A stretch of 64,000 nt of DNA, from positions 1,600,001 to 1,664,000 of the forward strand of contig OZ220733.1 in the NCBI GenBank assembly GCA_965116875.1. The letters are read 5' to 3'. The position numbers were made by a program, and so were the translations under genes. Positions 37,675 to 47,872 of this stretch are shown here, piece by piece. The notes under the pieces were generated by a model that did not search any database, had not been told where the DNA came from, and worked only from the letters and a program-made list of their open reading frames with translations. The number at the start of each line of letters is the position of its first letter. The first letter of the stretch is position 1. Source of the DNA: Candidatus Latescibacterota bacterium. GTDB taxonomy: Bacteria; Latescibacterota; UBA2968; GCA-2709665.

Positions 37675-40065
37675 ATGTCCGACTTACCAGGATCCCGTCC
37701 AGGAGAACAGCCACCCGGCGCAATTTCACGACCCGCCATCATTGCCGCCGTATTCCTCGGGCTCCACGTCCTGCCGCTCTTCTGGCTGTCCGGTCCTTTT
37801 TGGGGCGTGGACTTTCTCGTCTATATGCCCGTGCCGGTCCAGGGCGCCTTCATTCTACTTTCCATTCTCCTATTCATCCCGGAATTCCGCCGGCAAGCCC
37901 GCGCATGGGTCCGTTGTCTCCCGCTCTCGCTCTGGGGCAGGGGCCGGCGAGTATGGATCACACGGATACTGATTCTGCTCATTGCCCTTGCCGCCTTTGT
38001 CACGCTTTCCTCCGCACGCCACTTCCTCGGCGACGGTTATCTTCTAATTCAAAAACTGAAGTCTGAGGCCTTGCAGGATCGTCCGAGAGCGCCTCTGACG
38101 TTCACCGTCATCCGCACTCTGTATAGCGCGGGGGCGCCCTTCTGGGAGACTGCGGAGAATACGTACCGCATATACAGCTACATTTCCGGCATACTCTACG
38201 TACTGATAGCCTTTGTTGCAGCATCCGCCATCGGAAAAACGACCCGGGACAAATCCATCGTCCTGGCATTCCTTCTCACGGCGGGTTATATGCAACTTTT
38301 CTTCGGGTATGCGGAGAATTATGCCCTTTATATGCCCGGCCTTCTTCTATACCTGCTTCTTGGCGTACGCACCTTGGAGGACCGGATGCCGCTTTACGCC
38401 CCTGCGTTACTGCTCGGCGTCCTGCTTGCGCTCCACCAAGCTTTCGTTGTGTTTGGACCGTCCCTGTTTTACCTCGCATACCATGACTTTAACAAAAGAC
38501 GTGGTGTCGTCAGAGACTGGAAGAATTCAGTCATCACTATTGCGGCATTAGGATGCGTTCCACTAAGCACCACAATCTGTCTGGGTTTAGCAGGCATCGG
38601 TTTCGAGGCTTACATGAGCCGGATGGGGGGCCGAGATTTCCAAACATTACTTGAAGAACCCGGAATTCGTGCACAATACTACACATTATCCTTCGCACAT
38701 GCCGTGGACTTTTTCAACCAGCAAATCCTTGCAGCCCCAGCGGCGTGTATGGCCTGCTTCCTGCTTCGGAAAAAGGAACTCTGTCATCAGCGCTTTCTAG
38801 CTATTTGCACCGTCGTCACTCTATTTTTCACGTTCCTCGCCAGTACAGAAATAGGTGCGTTTAGAGACTGGGATATCTTCTCACTTCCTGCGCTGCCATT
38901 CACACTCTGGGCAGCCGCCGCGATCGTCCGATGCGGACGCTACCGACAATCGGGTTCGCAAGGCGCACTTGTCATTTGTGGAGTGGCCGCACTGCATACC
39001 ACACTTTGGATTGGTGTGAATGCAAACGCAGTCGCTGCCGAAACCCGATTTGTCCACCATTTAAACCGGCTAACGGGCATGGCCAGCGTTAACGGCTGGC
39101 TCACCCTGGGCGAATTCCATCGCGGGCAAAACAACATTGCTGAGGCACTCCACGCTTACAGGCGATCAATCGACGCCGATCCCACAAATCCCAATCGATG
39201 GATGACAGTCGGAATCGTATACCGGGAAATCGGTCGACCCGCCACCGCGGTAGAATACTATGAAAAGGCCGTCGAACTTCAACCCGACCTCCCCGTTCCG
39301 TATATGAATCTTGGCGCGGCATATAACGATATGGGTCAGTTTGACAGAGCCATCGAATTCACCACGAGAGCCATCGTGCTCGATCCCGATCTGGCAACCG
39401 CCCACTCAAACCTCGGCGCCATGTACAGGAAAACCGGGCAGTTCGATAAGGCCATTGAGCACCTTGAAAGAGCTTCCGAGCTACAACCGCGAGACGCTGA
39501 CACCCAATTGAATCTCGGAGCGGTTTACAACGATGCAGGGCAACACGCCAACGCGATCGAAGCCATGAAGAACGCTGTGGCGCTACGTCCCGACGATTCC
39601 GTCGCGTACGGAAATCTCGGAGCCGTTTACAGCAAAATCGGCCAGTTTGACTCCGGTATCCAATACCTCAAAAGAGCCGTTGAACTTCGACCCGACTACA
39701 CCCAGGCACATAAGAATCTCGGCCTCGTCTACAGGGCCCAGGGCCGGTACCAGAAGGCGATTGGGCACTTCGAGAAAGCGCTTAAGCTTCAGCGAGAAAA
39801 CGTGAACGCGGCTTTTTACCTGGACATCGGTGATACGTACGGCAAATTGAACGAGCACGATAAAGCGATCTCCTATTTCCAAAAAGCCATTCAACTGAAC
39901 CCGATCCACGCCAACGCCCACCTGCTTCTGGGAATGTCCTATCGGGCGTTGAATCGCGGGGACCGGTCCAGGGTACATTTCGAGAAGACAATGCAACTCG
40001 ATCCCGACCATCCGCAATCCGCTCAGATCCGGCAGTGGCTGGGGCGGACTGACGAAGGAAGATGA
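37675..40065 (+). CDS. Multi-TM membrane protein with C-terminal TPR array
   Basis: About 13 hydrophobic segments followed by about 9 clear TPRs (NLGA.Y...GQFD.AI). Confidence 0.85.
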   Translation: MSDLPGSRPGEQPPGAISRPAIIAAVFLGLHVLPLFWLSGPFWGVDFLVYMPVPVQGAFILLSILLFIPEFRRQARAWVRCLPLSLWGRGRRVWITRILILLIALAAFVTLSSARHFLGDGYLLIQKLKSEALQDRPRAPLTFTVIRTLYSAGAPFWETAENTYRIYSYISGILYVLIAFVAASAIGKTTRDKSIVLAFLLTAGYMQLFFGYAENYALYMPGLLLYLLLGVRTLEDRMPLYAPALLLGVLLALHQAFVVFGPSLFYLAYHDFNKRRGVVRDWKNSVITIAALGCVPLSTTICLGLAGIGFEAYMSRMGGRDFQTLLEEPGIRAQYYTLSFAHAVDFFNQQILAAPAACMACFLLRKKELCHQRFLAICTVVTLFFTFLASTEIGAFRDWDIFSLPALPFTLWAAAAIVRCGRYRQSGSQGALVICGVAALHTTLWIGVNANAVAAETRFVHHLNRLTGMASVNGWLTLGEFHRGQNNIAEALHAYRRSIDADPTNPNRWMTVGIVYREIGRPATAVEYYEKAVELQPDLPVPYMNLGAAYNDMGQFDRAIEFTTRAIVLDPDLATAHSNLGAMYRKTGQFDKAIEHLERASELQPRDADTQLNLGAVYNDAGQHANAIEAMKNAVALRPDDSVAYGNLGAVYSKIGQFDSGIQYLKRAVELRPDYTQAHKNLGLVYRAQGRYQKAIGHFEKALKLQRENVNAAFYLDIGDTYGKLNEHDKAISYFQKAIQLNPIHANAHLLLGMSYRALNRGDRSRVHFEKTMQLDPDHPQSAQIRQWLGRTDEGR

Positions 40066-40068
40066 CGA

Positions 40069-42501
40069 ATGGGTGAAAGATCCAGCTCCCTCCGATGGCC
40101 GCGTGACATCATTGCCCTCTTGTCGGCGTTTGTTGTACTGTTGCTCTATTTCCAGTACAATACGTTGAATAAGTTCAGCGCGCTTTCGCCTGCCGCGAGA
40201 TGGGGCAGCCCACACTCCTTCATCGCGGCTATGAAAGAAAACGTGTCGCTGGATGACCAAGATGCAATGGTTGCGTTGTTGATCGTTGTCGTGTGTATTG
40301 CCATCGGCGTCGTGGAATTGTGGAAGAGACGCCTTTCCCAACTCCTGCGGAAGATTTTTGAGTCCGAGAGTCGGACGATATTGGCGCTTTTCGTGACATG
40401 CCTGATCTGCGTCCGCTACTATTTCGCTATGGGGACGCTAAATATGGCGGCTGATACGACTTTGCATGTTACGTACGCCTTTGTTGCCGCCCAGAGCTTC
40501 TCTAATGGCGAAATTCCTATATGGACAAACTACTTCGGGACAGGATCTCCATACCTTCAGTTCTATGGGTTCCTTTTCTTCTACCTGGTGGCCCTGGTCG
40601 CGTTGGTGTTTCAAGACTTGCATTTCTCCATAAAGCTGGTAATGGCAGGCGGACATGTATTGTCAGGTATTGGGATGTATCTATTCGTACGTACGCTGTA
40701 TAACTCACGACGTGCAGGCTTTCTCGCGGGGCTCGCTTATGTAATGAGCGTCTTTCACGTTCAACAAGTTCTCATTATGGGACGTCTCCCCCTTTCAGTG
40801 TTTTATGCGCTACTGCCGTTCCCGTTCTACTTTTTCGAACGTACGGTTGTCTGTTCGTATAAGATGCCCTGGGCGATTGGTGGAGGTTTGGCCCTGGCCT
40901 TGCTCGCGTTTTCACATCCAGGTTACGCTTTCATTGCGTCGGTCCTGCTTATCCTTTACATATTTATTCGTCTCATTTGCGATCGACACCAGCAGGCCTT
41001 CCCTGCCACCGTCTCTTACAGCACCCTGCTGCTCGCCGGAGGTATCGTATTGGGCTCTTACATCACGTTGCCTATGTGGATAGAGCGTAACAATACGTCG
41101 CTGTATTTCGGGCTCGACTTTTCGCAGTGGCCTACCCCCACCTGGGGGCAACTCTTAGTCTGGTCCAACTATCGCTTTCGGATGTTCGAGATTGACGCGC
41201 GCCATTGGTACGGAGGATATCTGGGCCTGTCGGTGGCTGGGCTTGCCATTGTATCGCTTGCCAGCATGATTCTGTTTCGGGGACGCAGACATGCGCGCGT
41301 GCCGTTGGCCGCTGCTGTATGCCTTTTCGTCTCCTCAATGCTGATTATTGGATATCACTGGCCGCACATGAATGTCCTGGGCATTCTCCACTCCTTCAAT
41401 GCCGGACGCTTCCTGCTCTTCGTCGTGTTTTATTTGTCGGTGCTTGCCGGCGCAGGCGCATCAGCAATAATCCGTATGCGTAACGGCCGCCGAGACCGAA
41501 ACGGTGTTTTCACGCTACTCTTCCTGGCCTTGATGGTAGATCTAGGCCCCACGACATTCCAACATCCCTATACTGAATTACCTGTCCTCATCCCCTCCAA
41601 ATGGAAAAACCACTTAGAAAGAGAAGGCGCTCAGTATCCCGATGGCGAACTTCCGAATTACCGCACATTGTACTTACCGCACAACGTCCAACTTTCTACG
41701 GCTAGAAAGTGGCTAACTTTCGACGTGGGCGCGACGACACCGGTGTCCGGCTATAATGAGAGGTCGTTCGCCTCTGTTTTATTCGGTAATTCCCTGGCTC
41801 AGGTATTGGTCACCAAATACAAGGAGATGGAAGAATCGGAGTCGCGGTCCGATCCTTGGAATGATAGCCGTTTGGTGGATGGTCTCTACCTGTTGAACAC
41901 GAGGTACCTCTTTGCGATCGATTCCAGTAGAAAGACGGTCGTCACCCTTAATATCCGGCACGAGAGTCCAGTAATCGTCTCTTCCAGGATCTCGGCAGGA
42001 GCGCTCCCATTGGTGATAGAGGATGCTCGTGCCGAGCGTGCGATTTTGAAGTTGATAGACGCGATGGACGTAAAGAAGGATGACAACACATGCGGACAGA
42101 TTTTTCTGGCGGAATTCGAGGGCGGGGAAGATCTTGGCACATCTCCTTCCGTGGAGGTGCTGGAACACCGAACGTGGAATCAGCGCGTGGAGATGGTCAT
42201 CCGCACCTCCAGCCCATGCTTTGCCCGTCTGGCCTATGCATATTATCCCTATCTGAGCGTTACCGTCAACGGCAACAAGGTCGTGCCCTACCAGACGGCC
42301 GGACGGTTCATCGCATTGCGTCTGAGCGAGGGAGAGCATCGTATCGTACTGGAACCGGTTCTGTCTCCGCTGAGACGTGGGTTGCTTATTCTGAACGTGG
42401 CATTGGTCGCTGCATGCCTGGGATACGTCGGATGGCGGGCTCGTCACAGTGGGCCGATGATGTATTTCCTTCAGAAGGGTCACCGAAGTCGGGAGAAATA
42501 A
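40069..42501 (+). CDS. Membrane protein, PTPS-related/YfhO-like GT-C family
   Basis: D...H loop, PIWTNYFGTGSP..FYG motif, multi-TM core, YYP...V.VNG..GEH.I C-terminal domain. Confidence 0.7.
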   Translation: MGERSSSLRWPRDIIALLSAFVVLLLYFQYNTLNKFSALSPAARWGSPHSFIAAMKENVSLDDQDAMVALLIVVVCIAIGVVELWKRRLSQLLRKIFESESRTILALFVTCLICVRYYFAMGTLNMAADTTLHVTYAFVAAQSFSNGEIPIWTNYFGTGSPYLQFYGFLFFYLVALVALVFQDLHFSIKLVMAGGHVLSGIGMYLFVRTLYNSRRAGFLAGLAYVMSVFHVQQVLIMGRLPLSVFYALLPFPFYFFERTVVCSYKMPWAIGGGLALALLAFSHPGYAFIASVLLILYIFIRLICDRHQQAFPATVSYSTLLLAGGIVLGSYITLPMWIERNNTSLYFGLDFSQWPTPTWGQLLVWSNYRFRMFEIDARHWYGGYLGLSVAGLAIVSLASMILFRGRRHARVPLAAAVCLFVSSMLIIGYHWPHMNVLGILHSFNAGRFLLFVVFYLSVLAGAGASAIIRMRNGRRDRNGVFTLLFLALMVDLGPTTFQHPYTELPVLIPSKWKNHLEREGAQYPDGELPNYRTLYLPHNVQLSTARKWLTFDVGATTPVSGYNERSFASVLFGNSLAQVLVTKYKEMEESESRSDPWNDSRLVDGLYLLNTRYLFAIDSSRKTVVTLNIRHESPVIVSSRISAGALPLVIEDARAERAILKLIDAMDVKKDDNTCGQIFLAEFEGGEDLGTSPSVEVLEHRTWNQRVEMVIRTSSPCFARLAYAYYPYLSVTVNGNKVVPYQTAGRFIALRLSEGEHRIVLEPVLSPLRRGLLILNVALVAACLGYVGWRARHSGPMMYFLQKGHRSREK

Positions 42502-42529
42502 TGGTATTGTTCGGGCATCGCCGCAATGC

Positions 42530-42596
42530 GGGCAACCACAAGGGTTGCCCCTACGAATTCAACGACGGCGCAACGAGGGCAGGATGCCCTCGATCC
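42530..42596 (-). repeat. REP-D / REP-C heterodimer
   Basis: GGGCAACCACAAGGGTTGCCCCTAC + 20 nt + GAGGGCAGGATGCCCTCG; four more copies downstream. Confidence 0.88.
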
Positions 42597-42699
42597 AGGT
42601 GGAGTATTCTGGAGTCCCCGGATTCCCACGTGGGTCCGGGATTTTTTTTTTGCGGTGGGTCGCGCCTCGAATCGAAGCGGCGGATCTGGCAGAACGTAT

Positions 42700-42879
42700 A
42701 TGCCATTTTGTCATCTCTAATTTACATACATGCCATTTTGGCATATGCGTGCCCTGGAACCGGGACGAATATACCGGATTCTCAGGCGTCGTTTTTCGTA
42801 TAATTCGTATAAAATATTGATTTCTATGGGTATATATGATTCTCAAGTTCGGATCGGTGTTTCTGGCACGGGGCTTGCG
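42700..42879 (+). promoter_or_regulatory. Sigma54 promoter with two enhancer-like palindromes and an IHF site
   Basis: TGGCACGGGGCTTGC at 42864-42878 (GG/GC 12 bp apart); ATGCCATTTTG(T/G)CAT at 42700 and 42730; WATCAANNNNTTR match at 42810-42822 on minus strand. Confidence 0.75.
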
Positions 42880-42980
42880 AAGGGTTATTGGCACAGGCTC
42901 GAGGGTGAGCAGAAAGTTCTCGAGAACCTCAACAACAGTCAATCGTCGGGGAAACAACCCATCAAAAGGAGGATTCAACC

Positions 42981-43415
42981 ATGACACTCACCCGGTGGCA
43001 ACCCAGGCGGCGCTTCGGACTCGTGCCCGAGATCGATCGGTTCTTCGACAGCTTCTGGAGAGGTCCGCAACACGATCTCCCGGTCCTGTCCACGTGGAGT
43101 CCGGCGACGGACGTGCAGGAGACCGACAAGGAACTGCTGGTTCACGTGGAGCTTCCCGGCCTGTCCAAGAATGACATCAAGGTCAACATGGACAACGGCG
43201 TACTGAGCGTCCAGGGCGAGAAGCAGCACGCGTCCGAGGAGAAGGAGAACCGGTACCACGTGTCCGAGCGGACCTACGGCCGATTCGCCCGGTCGTTCAC
43301 GCTCCCGTCCGAAGTGGACGCGGAGAAGATCAAGGCCGGATTCGAGAACGGCGTGCTCACGCTGACGCTTCCGAAGGTGAAGGCGGCCACGCCGCAGGCG
43401 ATCGAGATCGCGTGA
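42981..43415 (+). CDS. Small heat-shock protein (Hsp20)
   Basis: ELPG, ERTYGRF.RSF.LP and A.FENGVLTL.LPK motifs; AGGAGG RBS. Confidence 0.95.
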   Translation: MTLTRWQPRRRFGLVPEIDRFFDSFWRGPQHDLPVLSTWSPATDVQETDKELLVHVELPGLSKNDIKVNMDNGVLSVQGEKQHASEEKENRYHVSERTYGRFARSFTLPSEVDAEKIKAGFENGVLTLTLPKVKAATPQAIEIA

Positions 43416-43434
43416 TCAGGTGTCACATCGCCAC

Positions 43435-43477
43435 AGAAAAAGAGACCGACGGAAAAACTGTCGGTCTCTTTTTCTTG
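43435..43477. terminator. Intrinsic, possibly bidirectional, terminator
   Basis: AGAAAAAGAGACCGAC / GTCGGTCTCTTTTTCT stem with T tract. Confidence 0.85.
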
Positions 43478-43478
43478 T

Positions 43479-44180
43479 AGCCGTCAGCTATCAGCTCTCA
43501 GCCGTCAGCCAAAACCAAAGGCAAGAGCAACCCCTCCACCCAGCGCCGACCTCTCTCCCCGACCCTCTCTCCCACCGGGAGAGAGGGAGGAAAACAGGTT
43601 TCGCGTGCCGGTCAAGGTTTCTTCTGGCGCCGAAGGCAAGGAGGAAAAACATAGCGGGCGAGGATTTCTTCTACCGTCTACCCTCTTCCGTCTCCCCGCA
43701 TTCGGGCAACCACGAGGGTTGCCCCTACATAAACAACAACCGGGTTTCGAGGGCAGGATGCCCTCGCTCCCGGGGGACCTGCCACGACCCCTCGGAGGGA
43801 GCCATCAACCGAAAGCGAACCCCTCCACCCAGCCCCGACCTCTCTCCAGGGCCCCTCAGACAAAGCTGTCAGCTATCAGTTCTCAGCCGTCAGCCAAGAT
43901 CAAGAACAGAAAGCAAGATCAAAAGCAACCCTTCCACCCGGCACCGACCTCTCTCCCCGGCCCTCTCTCCTAAAGGAAAGAGGGAGGAAAGGCACACGTC
44001 GCGTGCCGGTCAAGGTTTCTTCTCGTGCCGGAGGCAAGGAGGAAAAACATACCGGGCAAGGATTTCTTCTACCGTCTCCCCTCTAACGTCTCCCCGCATT
44101 CGGGCAACCACAAGGGTTGCCCCTACATTGACAACGACCGCGTTCCGAGGGCAGGATGCCCTCGCTCCCGGGGGACCATC
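43479..44180 (+). repeat. Repeat mosaic: two tandem B-A-F'-D-C units
   Basis: Units at about 43479-43770 and 43863-44168 have the same module order. Confidence 0.9.
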
Positions 44181-44182
44181 CG

Positions 44183-44512
44183 TCAGGGCTCGAGGTCCAG
44201 TGCGACGGCGAGGGCGTTGTTCATCGCGCGGATCTTTCTCGGAGGAAGGGTTCCGATAAAATGCGTCAACCCGGACTTCGGAATGCTGATCAACTGGTCG
44301 CAGAAAATGCTGCTGTCATGCTTGAGGCCTTCGCCCACCCCCACGGGTACCTGCGTGGAAAGTCCGTCGTATGAGGAAAAGACCGGCGCGCAGATGACGC
44401 TCGAGAACCTGGAGTCAATCAGCGCCTGGCGGCTGACGACCACGAACACGCGGTAGTCCCGCGGATCTTCGCGCGACCCCCGGTAGACCCTAAAAAGTTC
44501 ACCGCGCGTCAC
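44183..44512 (-). CDS. mazF: MazF/PemK-family toxin
   Basis: RGE.., R.FVVVSR, VICAP and CDQL motifs; overlaps the antitoxin stop. Confidence 0.88.
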   Translation of the reverse strand: MTRGELFRVYRGSREDPRDYRVFVVVSRQALIDSRFSSVICAPVFSSYDGLSTQVPVGVGEGLKHDSSIFCDQLISIPKSGLTHFIGTLPPRKIRAMNNALAVALDLEP

Positions 44513-44748
44513 AGGTCGACCTGGTAAGAATGCACGTCCTTCGCCTCGTCATTCAACGCCGACGCCTTCCGGTCCAGAATTTCCGTATCTCGCGAATCCC
44601 GGATCCGACGTCTCAACAGAGCGACGTATTGTCTCAATGCTGCTTCCAGGAACGCGGACCGGTTCTTGGGCGTATCGGGCGCCTTCAGCAGGTTGTCCAT
44701 GTCCCGGACCAGCCCTTCGGACAGGGTAATGGAGGTTTTTATCTTCAT
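44509..44748 (-). CDS. Ribbon-helix-helix antitoxin
   Basis: KTSITLS...NRS.F.E.AL RHH pattern; directly upstream of the toxin. Confidence 0.82.
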   Translation of the reverse strand: MKIKTSITLSEGLVRDMDNLLKAPDTPKNRSAFLEAALRQYVALLRRRIRDSRDTEILDRKASALNDEAKDVHSYQVDL

Positions 44749-44772
44749 TCGGTCGTCCTCCAGGAAATGCGG

Positions 44773-44824
44773 AAAGTAGTGTGATTGTCTTATTAAAAGT
44801 AGGATACATGGATGTGATTGTCAA
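44773..44824 (-). promoter_or_regulatory. Sigma70 promoter and operator repeats of the TA operon
   Basis: TTGACA-17 bp-TACTTT on minus strand; direct repeat TGTGATTGTC at 44780 and 44813. Confidence 0.7.
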
Positions 44825-44827
44825 ATG

Positions 44828-45075
44828 AAGCTGTCAGCTATCAGCCGTCAGCCAAGATCAAGAACAAAAGGCGAAATCAAAAGCAACCCTTCCACCCGGC
44901 CCCGACCTCTCTCCCCGGCCCTCTCTCCTAAAGGAAAGAGGGGGAAAGGCCAGGTTTCGCGTGCCGGTCAAGGTTTCTTCTGGCGCCGCAGGCAATGAGG
45001 GACAAAACGTCGGGCAAGGATTTCTTCTCCCGTCTCCCCTCTACCGTCTCCCCGCCTTTCTTCTACCGTCTACCC
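44828..45075 (+). repeat. Repeat mosaic (B, A, F')
   Basis: Direct repeat of about 43863-44095. Confidence 0.88.
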
Positions 45076-46047
45076 GGTTTTTACCGCCGGTCGCATGGCG
45101 TCGATGTCCTCCGGTCCGGTCGCGCAGCAGCCACCGATGATCTGCGCGCCCATGGCCTTCCATTCCCTTGCGAAATCGGCAAGGCTCTCGGACGTGTAGT
45201 CGCCCCGCTGCAGGATTTCGCCCGGCTCGTCGGCGGATTCTTCGCCCTCCGCGGGCCCCAGCGGCGCGAGCGGACGGTATCCGATATTGGGATACGCGCC
45301 CACGCAACCGTCAAACGCCTCCCTGAGGCAGGGAAGTCCGGCCGAGACCTGCTCCGGCGGGGTGCACATGATCAGCACGCCGGCGACACCGCTCCCCTCG
45401 AGGGCCGTTGCGAGGTCCTCGAGACGTTCCTCGTATTGCATGTTGCCGTCGTCCCGGATATGCCGTACACCCAGAAAGACGGGCAGGCCGGTCTCGGCGC
45501 CCGCTTCCGCGGCAGCAACGCAGTCGGCGATATAACCCACGTATTCCACCCACACCGCATCCACGCCCACCCCGGCCAGCAGCTTCGCGTGATCCAGAAT
45601 CTCACCGCGGTAGGCTTCCTCTCCCAGGATGTCACAGTCCGACGCGGTTCCGCCAACCCGCCTCTGGACACACGGCGGCGCAATACCGCCGGCCACAAAC
45701 GCATCCGGATTCACGGTATCGCGAGCAGTGATCGCGTTTTCACCCGCGGCTCCCGCGTACGTCTCCCACCTGTCGCCCAGTCCGATGGGTTCCAGCCGCG
45801 TGGGGCTCGTCCAGAAATTGTTGCTGATGATGATATCGGCGCCGGCGCGCAGGTAGTCCCCGTGGACCTCGCGGACGACGTCCGGCGCGTCTATATTGGC
45901 CGTGGCGGACCAGGCCCCGAGGCCGCCCTCGGCCGTGGCGCCTTTCAACACGTCGACGTCTCGCCGTTGAATTTCAGACCCGGTCCCGCCGTCCAGAAGC
46001 AACGTGTCTCCGCTCGAGATCCGTTCGAGAAGTCCTTTTGAAGACAT
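45070..46047 (-). CDS. Homocysteine S-methyltransferase family protein
   Basis: LLDGGTGSE, H..YLRAGAD, AYPN and IIGGCC motifs; AAGGAGGT RBS before ATG 46047. Confidence 0.88.
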   Translation of the reverse strand: MSSKGLLERISSGDTLLLDGGTGSEIQRRDVDVLKGATAEGGLGAWSATANIDAPDVVREVHGDYLRAGADIIISNNFWTSPTRLEPIGLGDRWETYAGAAGENAITARDTVNPDAFVAGGIAPPCVQRRVGGTASDCDILGEEAYRGEILDHAKLLAGVGVDAVWVEYVGYIADCVAAAEAGAETGLPVFLGVRHIRDDGNMQYEERLEDLATALEGSGVAGVLIMCTPPEQVSAGLPCLREAFDGCVGAYPNIGYRPLAPLGPAEGEESADEPGEILQRGDYTSESLADFAREWKAMGAQIIGGCCATGPEDIDAMRPAVKTG

Positions 46048-46066
46048 TGATACCTCCTTAATAAAC

Positions 46067-46580
46067 CGGGTAGACGTTAGACGGGAGAGGGGAGAGATCG
46101 GATGCCGTAAAGGGATTCTTCTCATGCCGCAGGCAAGTCGGAGGAACAAATCGGCAAGGATTTCTTCTCCCTCACCTCTTCCGTCTACCCGCATTCGGGC
46201 AACCACAAGGGTCGCCCCTACATTGACAACGACGGCGTTCCGAGGGCAGGATGCCCTCGCTCCGCGGGGACCTGCCACGGCCCCTTCGGAGGGAACCATC
46301 AACCAAAAGCAAACCCCTCCACCCAGCAGACCTCTCTCCCCGGCCCTCTCTCCTAAAGGAAAGAGGGGGAAAGGCCAGGTTTCGCGTGCCGGTTATTGAT
46401 AGACATTCTGATTGACAAGGAAACGCCCCCGGTTTTCCGCTCTCCTCAGCAATCCGCTTCCATTCGATTCTTGCGAGCGTTCGATTGCAGAAGTGACAGA
46501 CGTCAAAGTTACCGCTACTTCTTCCTTTTTCCTTCTTCCTTTTTCCTTCTTCCTTCAGGAAGGGGGTCAGGGGGTAGGTC
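46067..46580 (+). repeat. Repeat mosaic (F, D, C, A, G)
   Basis: Each module matches other copies in the window. Confidence 0.9.
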
Positions 46581-47847
46581 AAGAAGGGGTAGTTCTCGCC
46601 CGATCTGACTCCGGCAGGGTGAATCGCACCGTATCGAACCGGCGCGCGAGCGCGATCGCCCGTTTCCTTGCGCCATCCGGATCCCGTTTGCTCACCACGT
46701 CCAGGATGCAGCCAACGATTTCCGGGGCATCCGTCTCCGTCATGCCGTAACGTGTCACTTCCTGTACGCCGATGCGCAGGCCGTGTTTTCCCATCTCCCG
46801 GGGCGCGCCGGCCGCGTTGATCAGGATATGGCAGGCTTCCAGCTGCCTGACCAGCGCACCGCTTTCGCCGAACGCGTCCACAACCGGCAGCACCGTGTGA
46901 GATTCCGTAAAGCCCCGGTCCGCGCCCACCACCGGCACGCCCTGTTCCTGAAACGCCCGGCCCAGCGCTTTGGCGTTGCCGACGATCGCATCGGCGTGCG
47001 CCTCACCGCACGCCATCCACTCCAGGAACGTACCGGCGAGCGACGGCAGCCGGCTGAGGTGATGGTTGGCAATCATCAGCGGCGATATCGCCCTCGCGAT
47101 CCGTTCCGCGACGTCCCTGTCGTTGGTCAGAATCATACCCCCCTGCGGACCGGCCAGCGTTTTGTGGGTACTGGTGATGATTACGTCCGCGCCTTCCTTG
47201 AGGGGAGACTGGAACCGTCCTCCGGCGATGAGTCCCATCACGTGGGCCGCGTCGTAGACGAGGAACGAACCCGGACTGTACCGGTCCATCGCGACCCGCA
47301 GTTCCCGCACGGGCTGGGGAAAGATGAAATGCGCCGATCCAATGCTGACCAGCCCGGGGCGATGCTCCCGGATCAGCGAAACCGTTCGCTCCAGGTCGAT
47401 ATTGGCGTTCATTTCGTCCCACGGGATGGGAATCGACTTCAGTTCCACTTTCAAGTCCGAGTTCGCCAGCTTTGCGGCGTACATGTGCCCGTTATGCACC
47501 TCCAGCACGGCATCTCCCGGGCGTGCAAGCGCGAACAACGCGATGATGCCCGCGATATTGCCCGACAACGGCCGCAAGTCCACGTACGCCGCCCCGAAGA
47601 GCCGCTTCGCCAACTCCTGCGCAACCTCCTCCATCCGTGTGAGATACGCATTTCCCGGATACCCCCGGTTCCGCGGATCGATGCCGGTATACGACCCGTA
47701 CCTGTGGTCCAGGTCGTTTACGATCAGCCGCTCCACAAGCGGACTGGGCCTGGTTTCCGAGGCGATCAGGTTCAGACAGTCTTCGCGAAACGCCGTATGT
47801 TTCTCAATCAGCGAATCGATTTCCGCGATTTTACTCTTATAGTCCAT
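46579..47847 (-). CDS. Divergent serine hydroxymethyltransferase-like PLP enzyme
   Basis: LNLIASE, YDAAHVMGLIAGG, STHKTLAGPQGG and GLRIG motifs. Confidence 0.8.
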   Translation of the reverse strand: MDYKSKIAEIDSLIEKHTAFREDCLNLIASETRPSPLVERLIVNDLDHRYGSYTGIDPRNRGYPGNAYLTRMEEVAQELAKRLFGAAYVDLRPLSGNIAGIIALFALARPGDAVLEVHNGHMYAAKLANSDLKVELKSIPIPWDEMNANIDLERTVSLIREHRPGLVSIGSAHFIFPQPVRELRVAMDRYSPGSFLVYDAAHVMGLIAGGRFQSPLKEGADVIITSTHKTLAGPQGGMILTNDRDVAERIARAISPLMIANHHLSRLPSLAGTFLEWMACGEAHADAIVGNAKALGRAFQEQGVPVVGADRGFTESHTVLPVVDAFGESGALVRQLEACHILINAAGAPREMGKHGLRIGVQEVTRYGMTETDAPEIVGCILDVVSKRDPDGARKRAIALARRFDTVRFTLPESDRARTTPS

Positions 47848-47872
47848 CAGGAAATTCCTTCTGCCCCGCGTC

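Noticed and set aside
46048-46302. N-terminal extensions of track ORFs (also 52622-52918, 55290-55520, 14310-14342)
   Set aside because: They run through repeat or MITE sequence; downstream ATGs, mostly with clear RBS, fit the protein families
46579-47847. Assigning the gene symbol glyA
   Set aside because: Several SHMT signature motifs are altered, so it is more likely a paralog
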